The notes under the pieces are model-generated. The model did no database searches and was not told where the DNA came from. It saw nothing but the letters and a program-made list of their open reading frames with translations. Below, in pieces: positions 13,491 to 27,390 of a DNA stretch of 64,000 nucleotides. The stretch spans positions 266,662,001 through 266,726,000 of the forward strand of contig OZ024741.1 of the NCBI GenBank assembly GCA_964016885.1, read 5' to 3'. Numbering within the stretch: the stretch's first letter is position 1; each line of letters starts with the position of its first letter. The translations under genes and the position numbers were made by a program. The stretch comes from Eledone cirrhosa (taxonomy: Eukaryota).

Positions 13491-15357
13491 GCGAGTAGAC
13501 ATATGCAAACAAATATATATATATATATATGTATATATTATGTAGATTTTTGTGAATTTTTTTAAAAATTATTTTAGTTGTGAAAAAGCTTAGTGTTGTA
13601 ATTATAAGTGTTGAATGTAAGTCTTGCATATGTGTATATTTTCTGTGCACATTTACACATTCACACACACACGCACACATTGTACACATACACATACACA
13701 CATGTTCAGACTTTTGTTGCAGATGAATCACTACATACATAATTATATATTCATGCATAAATACACAACTCGTACATAATTACGTAAACATATTGTGCAT
13801 TTATGCTTTTAAATATGCACACACTTGCACCAACCATGGAATTAGCTTTCATTTAGTGTTCTGCTATAAAGCCTTGTTACAATCTCTCTCTTTTTCTCTC
13901 TCTCAGATACCCTTCCAATTCAAAGACATTTCTTTTGATTAATTTTGAAAATCCACACTTCGGATCTATTTAGTAATATTACTAACTTTCTCATTATTCA
14001 ATTGGTGCTTTGAACATAACATATCTTTACAAAGATTCTTACATAGAATTATAAGGGAAGCTTTTTAGATACATACTAACACTTAAAAACAAGGTTTTTT
14101 TTGTTTTTTTTTTTTTATATTTATATTGTAGAATCAGTTTTGGTTTCAGACAGATTGGTATCAGAATGGTTCATCTTTAGGGTTTATAGACTTTCTGCAA
14201 TGTTATTGATGCTGTATAAACCATGTGTGTCATAGATCTAGATGATTAAACATAAACTGGGGCTATAAAACAATTGTATTGAAGGAAAGTTTGTTGTCAA
14301 CTGTTTATCTTGTGAATGTCTCTTGATAATGCTGCTGAAATCGAAATATTGACTGTTTTAAGTCTTTAGATACCAAAAGCATATGTCCTAGTGGTTAGGG
14401 TGTTGAATTCATAACCATAAGGTAGTGGGTTTGATTCCTTGACTTGGGCAGCATGTTGTGTTCATATTGCTTCTTCTGCCAGGAATTGTAACCAGCAAAT
14501 GACAAATGTGTCTTTGTCTTAATGCTGCTTTTAATGTGGAATTAAGTCAAACTGTTGGTATAAATACTGAGTGAGGATGAGGGGAGGAGAGGAGCATTGC
14601 CTGTATTATTAGCTAGCCAATAAAATAGTGTTCTTTCCATCCTTTTTAAAACGTTCCTTGTAAAGTATTTGTTACCTTGTTAACCCATTGTTCTGTATCT
14701 CCTCTTCATGTTCCCTGTGTCTTCTTCACTAGAGTCTCCTTTGTACAATGTTACAGTTTATATCTCCATCAATCTAACATCTATAGTGTTCTATGTTCTA
14801 TATGTTCTCCATGTCTTTTGCTTGGTTTCCCAGCCTCTTTACATGAATGTGCCACTAGATGTTGTCATCTTTATCGTAAACATGTCAACCCTTTATTTAC
14901 TATCTTTCCAGTTTTATTCAGTCCCCAGATCTGTTTAGGTCAGTCCCTTTTACAATGTGTAAGGAATGGTGGGGGAACAAGTTGGGGATTGGGGGGAGGA
15001 ATCTTTGAAGCAACACACTTCTCTCTTGGTTTCCTGTTACAACCAACTTTCAGCTTCTTTTAAGTGAGAAAGCTGAAATTTATAGATCCATAAAACATTC
15101 CACTGCTTTCCTACTAACTATTGGTTAGTACATATTATTATTATTTACTGTGAGTGTTACCAACTTTGGGTTGACCTTTTTTATCTTTACATTCAAGATA
15201 TAGAAACAAATTAAGACGAGACCAATGTATGTAGTCTGTGCTGGTTGTCTGGCAATTAGTAAATAAAGGGTTAATTTGTCTGTCTCTGTCTGTCTGTGTT
15301 GGTAACTTTTCTAAATTGGATCAGCGCAGGCTTTGAAATGTGTGATCTTCTTTTCAG

Positions 15358-15401
15358 GAAAGACAGATCTCCCTAAGGAATACCCACATACTGCAGTATG
15401 A
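15358..15401 (+). CDS. Candidate alternative last exon of adducin (GKTDLPKEYPHTAV*)
   Basis: Strong acceptor cttcttttcag|GA. The phase-1 frame is open to TGA at 15399-15401 and is followed by ~3.3 kb of transposon-poor, UTR-like sequence. Confidence 0.55.
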
Positions 15402-16127
15402 ATGGTCTGCTTCTACTACTACCACTACTACTATTATACTACTACTACTATACTACTACACTACTACTACTACCTCTTGTTTGTTCTCCTACCTCCTACT
15501 TCTAAAGGACAGGAGTACTAGGGGGCCATGGGGCAGATTGCTTCTTATTTGGCTTTACTAATTATTACTATTATTATCGCTATTATTATTATCGCTATTA
15601 TTATCATCGCTATTATATTTTATTTTAATGAAACCTTATTTTTAATGAACTCTTGAACTTGACAACATTCCTTTTAACTCTTCCTAACTTGGCTTCTCGT
15701 GCAACATTGGAGAACTGTTTTCACATACAAACACCTCCCCCCCAAAAACACAGATGAAGAAAAATCAACAAAAAAAATTAGTATATCACTAAATATATAT
15801 TAAAAAATGCTTTAAAAAAAAAACAAAACAAGAAAAAACTGAAAGTACGTATTTATTTTCAATTTCATCTCTTAAACAAAACAAAAATGTAAAAAAACAA
15901 CCACCTGAAAATAAAGACAAAATGTTCACATGTACACAAGAAAAAGAAGAAAAAAATCTCACAAAAAAACAAAACAAAACAAAAGGAACTTAAAACCCCC
16001 TTTTAAAGCTGTCTATGTCTGTTCCCCTCCCCCACCCTCTGCCTTATTTTGACTTTATTTTTAATTGATGTTTACTCTATAGAGTTTGTATAGAATTTTT
16101 AAAATAAACACACACACATACCTTTTA

Positions 16128-16165
<38 letters not shown>

Positions 16166-17971
16166 TACTGTTAGTCTGGGTGTATCCTGGTTTTTTGTGT
16201 TTTTTTCTTTTTTTGTGGGTTGTTATGGCATATATCGTTTGCATGGGAGTGGGGTAAAACAAGGAAAAGAGGGTGATGGTACAAATCTCTTTCCACTTCT
16301 ATCAGCACTCTATACTCCCTGGGATAGCTTTCTTCTGGTCTTCCCACCCTCACACAATATTTTGTTTTCTTGCTAATATCCATGCGCAAATATCACATTA
16401 ACTATTTACCATATTGTGTGTGTGCGTATGTATGCGTGTGCATACCCATGCTAGCGTGACAGATAGACGTTAAACAATTATGTATTTATATATTTGTGTG
16501 CGTGTGTGTATATATTTGCATTTATATGTCCATGTGTGTGTATGAGGTTAGTTGCAGCCCTTGTCTGTTTTGTTTTTATACCTGTTGGAATCAACCTCTC
16601 CACAGCGCCTTTGTCAGTCAACCAGTGCCTCAAATATTCTCTCTCTCTCTCCATTGCCTTGCTCTTTTCTCTTAGTCTTCATTGCACCTAAACATACATG
16701 CAAATCATAGCTGTTTGTCTTGCTTAACTATTTTCTCTGTTGGGCTGTATTCTAGTCATATATATAAAATGAAGGAATTGTTCATGATTCAAAGACCAGG
16801 GTAATAGCAAATCAGGGTAGTATTTGATACATGTGATGTTGCAAAATAGAAATAATGACCCTCTCGTTAGATTGTGCATGATGATACAGAGTGGAAGAGC
16901 TATTAAATTTGTGGCCTATGAAAATGTGTGTGTGTTCATAAATTTAGCAAATAATGTTTGATAAAGTGTGAAAAGCCAGAGAGCATACTCTTTTACCAGA
17001 TAGAACAACAGATATTGCTAATCAGCTTTCTGTACCTGGAGTGTAATGGGGTTAATACACCTTTGCTGTATTTCACATTCCTTATGGAGTGGGAAGGGAG
17101 AACATTGCATGGATTTCTAATTTAATTTTGATTCTAATAAATACTATAATAACAATAATATAACTTTTCTAGCGCTTTCTCTCTCTATATATAAATATAT
17201 ATGGTTCTGCTGATTTCAGAGTTATTGTTATCCGCACATTATTTTGCACTGAAATTTCATAAAATCTTTAAAAGAAAGAAAATAATAAAATGGAAAGAAT
17301 AAGAAATATTTTCTCAAATCAACCAACAAACATACATTGATTTATCAGTAAATCACTCAATCAGTTCTTTGTCAGCAACCATGCCTAACAGAATAAGGAT
17401 GTGGTAGGGGAATAATAATTTATTTTAGTGCTTGTTGCTTTTTAAGTCTTAAAATAAATAGTTTTTTAATTTACTTGGTTGCAAGTAAATCTTTTTTTTT
17501 TTCCTGTCTGTATTTTACTGGCAGTACATAACTAGATAATGTAGTTAAATATATATGTGTGTGTGTTTTCTGAAATATATTCGTTGATTTTCTCACGGGG
17601 AAAAAAAATGGGAACCCTCTTCCTCATTCTTCCTCTCTGAAAAGGGTAACAGGCGGGGTCTGGGAAAAGAATTCATTTTTAAAATAAATTAAAAAGCAAA
17701 ATTTTGGTCTTGTTTAAGGGGAAAAAAGCAACAAAACAAGCCAAAAAGCACAAGCGGTTTATGTCAATTTGACTTTTCCTGTGGAGTTGCAGTGTGTCAG
17801 TGGACACCTTTCTGTCAGATTTGGTCTGTCTGATGCCACAGTTGAAGCTTATTGTCCCGAAAAACAAAATAATAATAATAAAATTATAAATAAAAACAAA
17901 GGAACTCTTCTTCCCAACTGTCCTTCATATTAGTAATCTCTTTCTTTCCCTCCCTCCCTCTCTCTCTATTA

Positions 17972-18014
<43 letters not shown>

Positions 18015-19454
18015 CTATGTAAAGTAAATTGTGTGAAATAAAATTTTTAGTTTTAACTGTGATCCACAGCTGGAATGTCGATGTCTGTTCTTCTTGTCCT
18101 TGTTATTTAACAACTTTCCATTTAACCAAATTCATTAATTTTGTTTGTTTGTTTTTTAAAAAAAAAAACAATGAAGCAGAAGAAAAAAAAAAAACATCTG
18201 ACACCTTCCTTTTAATCCTCTCGAAGAAGTCTTTGCAGTGATTCTTACTGAATTGTGTGTAAATATATTATTTGCTTGGTTTCATTCCAGATTGTAAACT
18301 TTTATATTAATTATTTGAAGTCATTTTTGTTGTCACATTATTTCATATCGGCTGTTCACCTTCAGACATTCTGGCTCACTATTATTATTATTATTAAAGG
18401 TCACTATTAGGCGGTCACTGTTAGTTAACTGACCCAGCTTTTGGTGTTGCTGCACGTTTGTTCAGTTATTTTCATAATATACATTCTGACTGTTAGTTTC
18501 TGCAATCATCTCTTCATCCCCAAACTATGGATTAAGATATTTACTCTAGCTCAACCCCCACCCCACCTATTTAATCTGTGGAAGTCTGTCCTCAGTCCAA
18601 TTAGTATGATATATATATATTGATATGTGTGTGTGTGTGGTGTGTGTGTGTGTTTCTTTAAATATGTATACTGAAGTATGTTTATGTTCGAACTTTATGG
18701 TCTTACTATGAAATGAAAATTGGGGAAGTGGGATAAGATACAAGATGTTTGCAGTATAATATGATTATTGAACTTGTTGTGATCTCAGTGTGTCCCAGCT
18801 CTGGGTTCTGAGCTCAATTCCTGCTATAGTTCACTTTGCTTTTCGTTATTTCAGGGTTGATAAAGAACATACCAACCCAGAGTCAGTGTATCTCCCTCTC
18901 TTTCCATCTGTCACATCCGGGATGAAAGGAGGGAAGATGGTTTGACAGGGCATCCATGCCTGCTCACAACTGCATGAATGGACACCTTTAAAAAAAAAAG
19001 CTTGAAAAACAATCGGGGTACATACTACTACTACCACCACCAAGTCCTACTCATTTGCAAGTGGTGGCTGTAGCTACTGAGAATGAATTGCTCATACAAG
19101 TATGATCTAATTTAAGTAATTAGTGTTAATTTTACAACTGTTAAGAGCTCATATTCTCAGTGATGGTGGTGGTGAGTATTCTGTTGATCAATGAACTGGA
19201 TGTCCAGCTTGTATGTAAGTGATTGAGTATACCACAGACATGTGTACCCTTAATGTAATTCCCACTTTGAATTACAAGTACAATCCATGACTGGCTTACT
19301 CTGTTTCCATCAACCCAATTTCACATATAAGGCTTGATCGAGATGTAATACAGTGGGATGGAACCTGGGTCCTGCTGTTTGCCAAGCAAACTTCTTAACT
19401 ACTCAGTTGTAACTAAACTCAGTGAGAAACTATATTGAGTTCAATACTCAGGGC

Positions 19455-19983
19455 ACACTGTTGAAAACCTAAAGTATATCCAGCAATATTATATATTATA
19501 TATATGTTAGACACAGCAATATAGTTTGGTATAACACACTGTTGAGGACCTAGTGTATATCTAGCAAGTCTATATTATATATATATGTTAGACACAGCAA
19601 TATAGTTTGGTATAACACACTGTTGAAAACCTAAAGTATATCCAGCAATACTATATATTATATATATGTTAGACACAGCAATATAGTTTGGTATAACACA
19701 CTGTTGAGGACCTAGTGTATATCTAGCAAGTCTATATTATATATATATGTTAGACACAGCAATATAGTTTGGTATAACACACTGTTGAGGACCTAGTGTA
19801 TATCTAGCAAGTCTATATTATATATATATGTTAGACACAGCAATATAGTTTGGTATAACACACTGTTGAGGACCTAGTGTATATCTAGCAATAGTATGAA
19901 ACACTGTTGAGGACCTAGAGTATATCTAGCAAGGCTATATATTATGTTAGACATGACAATATAGTTTGGTATAACAAATTGTT
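19455..19983. repeat. Minisatellite, ~80-82-bp unit, ~6 copies
   Basis: Unit cacactgttgaggacctagtgtatatctagcaagtc(ta)n gttagacacagcaatatagtttggtataa. Two variants alternate in the first four units. Confidence 0.95.
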
Positions 19984-21552
19984 AGAATTTATTCTAATGC
20001 TGTGTTAGTGTATTAGTATTTATATATAAACTTATTGAATGCAGCTTTAATATTTTGAATGGAAATATAACTCTCAATTGTATCGCTATGTAAATCTCAT
20101 AGGAATGATTTATATATCATTCTTACTATTCCATATATCCAATATCTGATTCTGCTTTACTTGTTGTCAGTGTTTGTGTTGGCACATTTTTTTCTCTTTG
20201 CCTTTGCACTATATTTTCATCAGTAACGTTCTTTCAGACTACACACAGCATCACTTGTAGTTTAAACATTTTCTTTATTCTAATTATTATCCTTATTACA
20301 GCAAGCAGCTTTGGAAGAAGTCTGCTGTCTTAAATAAGAGGTTTTATCTATTTGTTGCTTTCTAAACTATGGTTAAATGGAAATTCTTCTTTTATTCTTT
20401 TATTCTTTTACTGGTTTCAGTCATTGCACTGCGGCTATACTGGAACATCATCTTGAAAGGTTTAGTTGATCAAATTGACTTTCAGTACTTAATTGTTAAG
20501 TTCAGTACTGATCTCTTATTTGTTAAAGTGTAAAGTTTCATGACATAAGCAGACATTGGTTGAATGGTGTAGATGCCCACACACATACATACATACAAAT
20601 AAACGTACATATACATTCGTATATGGCTGGTCTCCATACAGTTTCTGCGTATCTTTTACTTACAAGCAATTGGTTGATCCAAGGCTAAGAAACTTGCTCA
20701 AGCTAGTATGTAGTAGAACTGAACTCAAAGCCGCATAGTTGCATAGCAAACTCCTTAACCAGACAGCCGTGACTGTATCTGTAGCTAATTCCATAACCAC
20801 ACAGCTATGCCTGTATCTCTAGCAAACTCCTTAATCACATGTAGTATATCCTACACATATGTATATCCTACATGTAATATATCCTAATAAATGCTACATG
20901 TATAAGGTCAACCAATCAGTAAATATTTGTTTGCAACCTCACATCTCTTTCTCTCGTTCTCTCTCTCTCTCTCTCTCATTGTATCTCCTTATTAGTACCA
21001 CACTATACAACTGGAGTATTCGTCTCAAATCTTCAATGGAATAAATGATGCTAAGGACCTTGTGTTCCTATTTGTGTGTGTGAGTGTAACTGAGACCATC
21101 AATTGCCTTAACTTCAACATAAATACAACCAGCATTAAACCTAAACCAACTAAGAATCCAAGCAAATGTCAACTACACACCTACAGTCAACCCCAAACAT
21201 CTTGACTACTCAATGTAGAGTTAAACCATACATGTATTATGACCCCACCTCCTGGTGAACCAACTGCCAACCTGCACCAATTACTGGTATGGGGATGACA
21301 GACATCAGGCTGCAGCTGGCTTATTAAACAATTTTTATATAATAATAATATACTATAACTACATGCACTTGCGCGCGCTCACTCTCACATACACAATGTG
21401 TAAATCCTGACACATGCTGTGTTTGTTTATGTAGTGTGTATAAGTCACTGTTGCATGTAGCTCTGCATGATATTTGTATTGTTTTAAATAACTTTTCATT
21501 GGAGTTTTATGTGTTGTACATGTATTTTGCACGTTATTTGCTTGCTGTGTAG

Positions 21553-21648
21553 ACACCTCTCAACTGATTGCTAATGACTCCATAATAAGCAATCATAGCC
21601 TGGAAGTTGATGCACCTGTTGCCAGTGTTGTTGCACCACCAGTAAATG
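21553..21648 (+). CDS. hts: Adducin tail cassette exon (DTSQLIANDSIISNHSLEVDAPVASVVAPPVN)
   Basis: gtgtag|AC...AATG|gttagt, 96 nt, phase 1-1, no stops. Two TGCATG motifs upstream. Confidence 0.65.
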
Positions 21649-23636
21649 GTTAGTATAGTTATGTTTTCACATCAGGGCTCTAGCTCGCATAACTCTTAAT
21701 TTATTGTTAGCCAACTCAACTAATAATTTCAATGTTCAGCTAACATGTTCTCTTTCTCCTTGCTATTTTGCTTAACATAAAGGCTTATTTATCTTACAAA
21801 CAGCATCCTCATAACTTTCTCTCATGTTAAAATGATTTTGTCCTGGATGGCCTTCTTTGGTCATCACTGACCATGGATTTGTATCTGGAAAATTCCTCTT
21901 AAAGGTGTTGGCACAGTTTTTATGTGGAAAGGCAAAGGCTGATACAGATTGGCACCAGTCACCACACACTCATTTTTTCCAGCAGAGTTAACTGGAGCAA
22001 TATGAAAGTGCTGCTTGATCAAGGAATTGAACTGATGACCTTATGACCACGAATCCAACACTTCAACCATTAAACTATGCTTGGTCAGAAATGACATAGC
22101 TAATCTCTCTTGAACTCCCAGAATAAATAAGATTATGATGTGTGTACCCACACATTTCCAGAGGTTCTTTTTAAGGTGGGAGGTGACACCTCAAGAGATG
22201 AAGAAATTATGTGAATTTGTTTGATTTTGGCTCTTTAAAACTGGAATGATATTGTCCAGATTTTATTGGGACAATGTCTTAGGAATGTTCCACAACTGCA
22301 TAAAGATTTTCTTTTTATAAATTATTGTCCCTCATGTACAATTCTTCTCTAATGCAGCCTACCTGGGAATTTTTGAAGAGGAAAAAATACTTTCTCCTGT
22401 ATTCACTTGTTTCTTCATATAGATTTTTACCTTGGAAATAAACAGAACTTTGGGCAATTTTCTTAATAGCTTCTCTTAATGCTTTATAAAACTGCTCTTG
22501 CATGACAATATTCTGTATGTTAAAGATACTAACACCTGTCATGAGGTAAATCTTAACATCCTGTAATGGTTTAGCAGCAAATATCTAAAAATGAGTTTAA
22601 TTCAAGTGTTTATAATATCTTTTACCAGTGGACAGATTCTTGTAAAAAACGTTCAATATTATAAACTTAAATTTTTAATGTGATGCAGTCATAGTGCTGT
22701 TTTGTACTTTTCAAGAATATCTTGCTAATGTGGTTTCATGGTCTACAGGATGTTAACTTTTAAGAGGGGAGAGAGTCTTTTCCTGATTATCTTGTTGACC
22801 AGTCAGCAAGAAAACCCAAGAGTTCACAACAGTTAGAATCACATTTTTTAAAACCTGCAAAATGTTTATTTAAAATAATTGTGTCCATATTTCAACTGGG
22901 ATGCTTTATTATCATATGAACAGACACCCAAGTTTAGTTCATTCATATTTCTGCTAAAGGACTTTTAACATTTTCATTACCATGTTTATCATAAGACACA
23001 GCCTACGATTTACAAATAAATTTGAAAATAATAATTTTAATTAATAATATAACTTTCTCATTATTAAACTGGTGTTTGGAACATAACAAAAGTTCTTGCA
23101 TTAAATTGTAATGGAAAGTTTTTAGATAAATATGAACACTTTAAAATAAGTAGCTTAGTACCAGGGGCAGTTTCAGGTGGGTTTGGTATCAAAAGAGCCA
23201 ACAATGGTTCTAATATAAAATTATAATGGAAAATTTTGATATAAACACAGTTAAAATACAATTTTGTGTTGGGTTTTTTTTTCAGGCAGGTTAGTATCAG
23301 AAAGGTTTAAAAATGTTGGTTTAAAAGAAACATCTCATATGAATAGATTTAACTGTTCTTTAACTAATTACTATGAGGATTAATAACTTTATTATATTTT
23401 ATATAATTATCTGGATTAATAGAGTTGTGAGTTAAAATAAAATGTCTTATGGTATTTGTTCTGGATCTTTACATTCTCAATTAAAATCCTATTGAGGTCA
23501 CCTTTACCTTTTATCCTCCCATAGTCGATAAAATAAAATACCAGTCATATACTGGGATCTTTACAATCAGTTTTCTCCTTCCCCCTAAAATGACTGGCCT
23601 TGTCCCTAAATTAGCAGCCATTATTATTACCACCAT

Positions 23637-24020
23637 AATAATTGTTTCTACTTTTGGCACAAGGCCAGCAACTATCCCAGTGCAATACTGGTACTTTATT
23701 TCATTGACTCCATAAGGATGAAAGGCAAAGTTAACCTCGGCGGGATTTGAACTCAGAATGGCAAGGGCCGTAACTCAATACGTCAAAGCATGGCGTCCGA
23801 CCCTCTACCGATACTACCAATCCAATAATGGCTGTGGATTGGCAGTATCAGTAGAGGGACGGACGCCATGCTTTGCAGCATAGTTACGCCCCTTTACGGT
23901 CTGAGTTCAAATCCCACTGAGGTTAACTTTGCCTTTCATCCTTACAGGGTTGATAAAATAAAGTACCAGTAATGCACTGGGATAATTGCTGGCCTTGTGC
24001 CAAAAGTAGAAACAATTATT
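23637..24020. mobile_element. Head-to-head inverted pair of family A SINEs (23637-23824 minus, ~23832-24020 plus)
   Basis: Both arms carry A-box tggcagtatc, B-box gagttcaaatcc and core gcctttcatcc...gataaaataaagtaccag. About 10 nt apart. Confidence 0.92.
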
Positions 24021-25151
24021 TTAGTAAACTAAAAACATTCCTGAGTTATCATTAATGTATGACTAATGAAGTTCATTATTGAGCAGACTCCTCTCTCTTT
24101 CTCTCTCTCTCTCTCTGCTACTATTTTCAGCATCTTGAGCTAAAATATAGACTCTCCCTCATAAACAGGTCGTCAACTAAGTATTATTTCTCTCTAGCAT
24201 ATCTCCAGACATTCCCTCATAAACAGGTCATCAACCAAATATTAATTGCTCTCTCATTTTCTTATTGTCTCATTCTCTCACTCCTCTCTCTCACACTATT
24301 ATTTTCAGCATTTATGAGCTTTCCTTACATGTTATCCACATCAAGACTAAACACAGTGAACCAGTTAATATTGATGTCACTTTACATAGAGGTGGCCATC
24401 AGCAGGGGGGGGGGGGTAGTTATAGGAAGTTGATACCTTCAATTAACTTACCAACTTTCTAACTACAAACATTCTCACATTCCACACATACCAGTCGTCT
24501 AATGCATGGTTTTCTTTTATGTTTTAAATCTAACACAAACTTCATTGAAACAAGTCCTCTCCCACCCTCTCTCATTATAACACTGTGTGTGTGTATGTGA
24601 GAGATGGGAGACTGAGAAATCCTATGGTACAAGCCCTTGTTTTTTAGTGTATTTCTGTCTACTCTATTTCTTCCATTTCATCAACATTCTGGGTGGAATA
24701 TTTATTGCCAAATATGGAATTATTTGAAATTTTTTATTGGAATTATTATTGTTATTATTATTTGTGGTTGTTGTTGTTGACGTGGTGAGTTTTTTTTTTT
24801 TTTTTTTTTTTCTTCTGTGGTGTAAGTTAAATTGATTTTGAAATATAATCATGTCTGTCTTTGCTAAACATTATCAGTAAAACTGATGAATAAAATAATA
24901 CATAATTGAATGACATTTAAAAATTTCACTTTTGTATTTTATTTTATTTTATTTTATATTTGTTTTAATTCAAATTTAATTTTTGGATGTTTTATTTTTA
25001 TTTGTTTCTTTTTTGTTTTTCATTTTGGTGATTTTTATTTTCGATTGTTTCCCTCTTATTTTTTCTGTCTAAACTTTTTTTTTTCCATCCATTGTGTGTC
25101 CTCTTCTGAAAACTGTCATTGTTTTAATTTTCTCCGCCTCTCATATCACAG

Positions 25152-25214
25152 CTCTTCCAAATGAAGACGTACATGACTCAATACCAACAGTGACTGTAAC
25201 CCCTGTCAGCGCTG
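25152..25214 (+). CDS. hts: Adducin tail cassette exon (ALPNEDVHDSIPTVTVTPVSA)
   Basis: cacag|CT...GCTG|gtaaat, 63 nt, phase 1-1, after a long T-rich tract. Confidence 0.7.
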
Positions 25215-26299
25215 GTAAATTAGAGTTTATAGCATGCAGTTCAGTGCTCGGTGATGGACTGTGGCTGCAATTATTATATAGTTGTCTCGAAATAATACTG
25301 TTCTTTCCTTGCTGACCACTCCCCACCCACCACCCTCCTTCCTTTTGTCCAAATAACAAACCTTTTAACTGCTAACCTCTCCCCTCCCCCATTTTCCTTG
25401 TGACTCCTCGTAGTAGTACTGCTTCCTCTTGGTTCCAGGGTAGTTGGTGTCATCTGTGACCATTTTAGCTTTGAAATCGATAAAACTCTGCTTATGGTGC
25501 ATGCAGTCTTCTCTCATTTTCAATAATATTGGACAAAAAAACAGAACATAGTGATATCAAGATATCTCTTAGCTGTTTTACCTCTTTCTTACTGACCCAC
25601 CTAAAACTGATCCTGGTTCTAGGATACAGAACTCTTATCATAAGGTTTTTTCATAAAATTATCATGAAAGATTTTAGATAAATATATTTTTAAATAAAGT
25701 TCTGTATTTTAGTTTCAGGTGGTTTAGTATTGAAAGGATTTTTAAAAAAATCTCTTTGGTTTATTTGAAATGAACTCAAGACTTTATTTAGAAGTTCATT
25801 TTAAACCAACATTTTTAGTTCTCTTAGAACATGATTCCAAATTGCATACACATGGCTAAGGTAAGAAATAAATGGATGTTAAGAATAATCTAAAGATCTT
25901 GTTTATCATGGACCTGACAGTGTACTCAGTGACAACTAAATTGAGACCAGAAGATCTGGTCTATTTAACTGGCCATTATCCTTCTCAGGAACCACAGAAC
26001 TATGATGTATCTCCTAGAAGATTCTTTCTCTTGTCTCATTTTTTATGGAGAATTTGGAGAGATTTATTAAAATTATTTCATTATTAAGTTGGTATTTGTA
26101 ACACAACAAGGTTTTTATATGAAATAATGTTGGAAAATTTTAATTTAAAATGGGTTACTTTGTTTCTTAGAACCAGGAGTGATTTGGGGTGATTCAGTAT
26201 CAAAAGGGTTAATGATGAAAACATTAAAGGGACAAAAAACTTCCCAACAATGTATCACAAGTCTAAACCCAGTAGTTCATTAGGGCAGAATTTATTTTA

Positions 26300-26505
26300 G
26301 TTTCATATGACACCTATTGAGATAACAAGATTCTTGGATGAGATGACAGCCTGTCACTGGGTCATTTTCAGCTGTCAGCTGGCGCAACATGAAACTAAGT
26401 GCATTACACAAGGCTACAATGTGCCACCAGGTCATGGGAGAAGGAGGGTGTTTGAGCCCATGATCTTATGATCATGGGGCCAACATCCCAACCACTGGGT
26501 CATGT
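26300..26505 (-). mobile_element. CORE-type SINE
   Basis: Similar to 58470-58730 (cattttcagctg...caacatgaaactaagtg...caaggctacaa). Confidence 0.65.
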
Positions 26506-26860
26506 TTTATCTGTATGACAGACCAAACACCCAACTGCTGGGTCATGTTTTATCTGACGGACCACACCCCCAACTATTGGGTCATGTCTTCACCTGTATA
26601 ATAGACCACACCCCCAATTACTGGGTTATATCTTTGCCTGTATGATAGACCACACCCCCAACCATTGGGTCATGTTTTCACCTGTGTGACAGACCACACC
26701 CCCAACCATTGGGTCATGTTTTCACCTGTATGACAGACCACACCCCCAACCATTGGGTCATGTTTTCACCTGTATGACAGACCACACCCCCAACCACTGG
26801 GTCATGTTTTCACCTGTATGACAGACCACACACCCCAACCACTGGGTCATGTCTTCATCT
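26480..26860. repeat. Minisatellite, ~44-bp unit, ~8 copies
   Basis: Unit cagaccacacccccaaccattgggtcatgttttcacctgtatga. Confidence 0.93.
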
Positions 26861-27049
26861 GGATAACACTTACAACAATGTTAATAAAACTTCAGACTAA
26901 ACATCTATATTAACTCTTGTGACAATATTTCTAATAGATTGCTTCAGTTACTTTTGAAAATAATCAAGAATTTGGAGGGATTTGATAAAATGACTAACTA
27001 CTCACATTAACCAACTGTTTGAAACACGTGTTACATAAAATGTTCATAG

Positions 27050-27390
27050 GTTTCTTCTTTTTCTTCTTTACCCATTTATTCTTGAGAGGGTCATGGGGAA
27101 GAGTCCTCAAACACTCCTTCCAGTGGGTCCTGTCAGTAGCAACTGTCTCCAACTGACCCAGTTTGATCCCCAAGTGAGACCAGCCAAGCTCATGGATGTT
27201 ATCCAACCATCTTGCTCAGGGTCTACCTCTGGGTCTTCAGCCAGTTGATTTTGCCTGTAAAATCTGTCCAGTGATTCTTTCCACATGCCAATAGTATTAG
27301 ACCTGTGAACTCTTTATTCGGAGAAGTAGTTGCTCTACCCGGAGTGAGCCTCTGATCTCCAAACTAAGCACTCTATCAGAGATAGAGGCT
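27050..27390 (-). mobile_element. RTE-clade LINE 3' fragment
   Basis: Minus strand reads PRGRP*ARWLDNIHELGWSHLGI...ATDRTHWK, typical of RTE C-termini, followed by an (aag)n tail. Confidence 0.7.
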
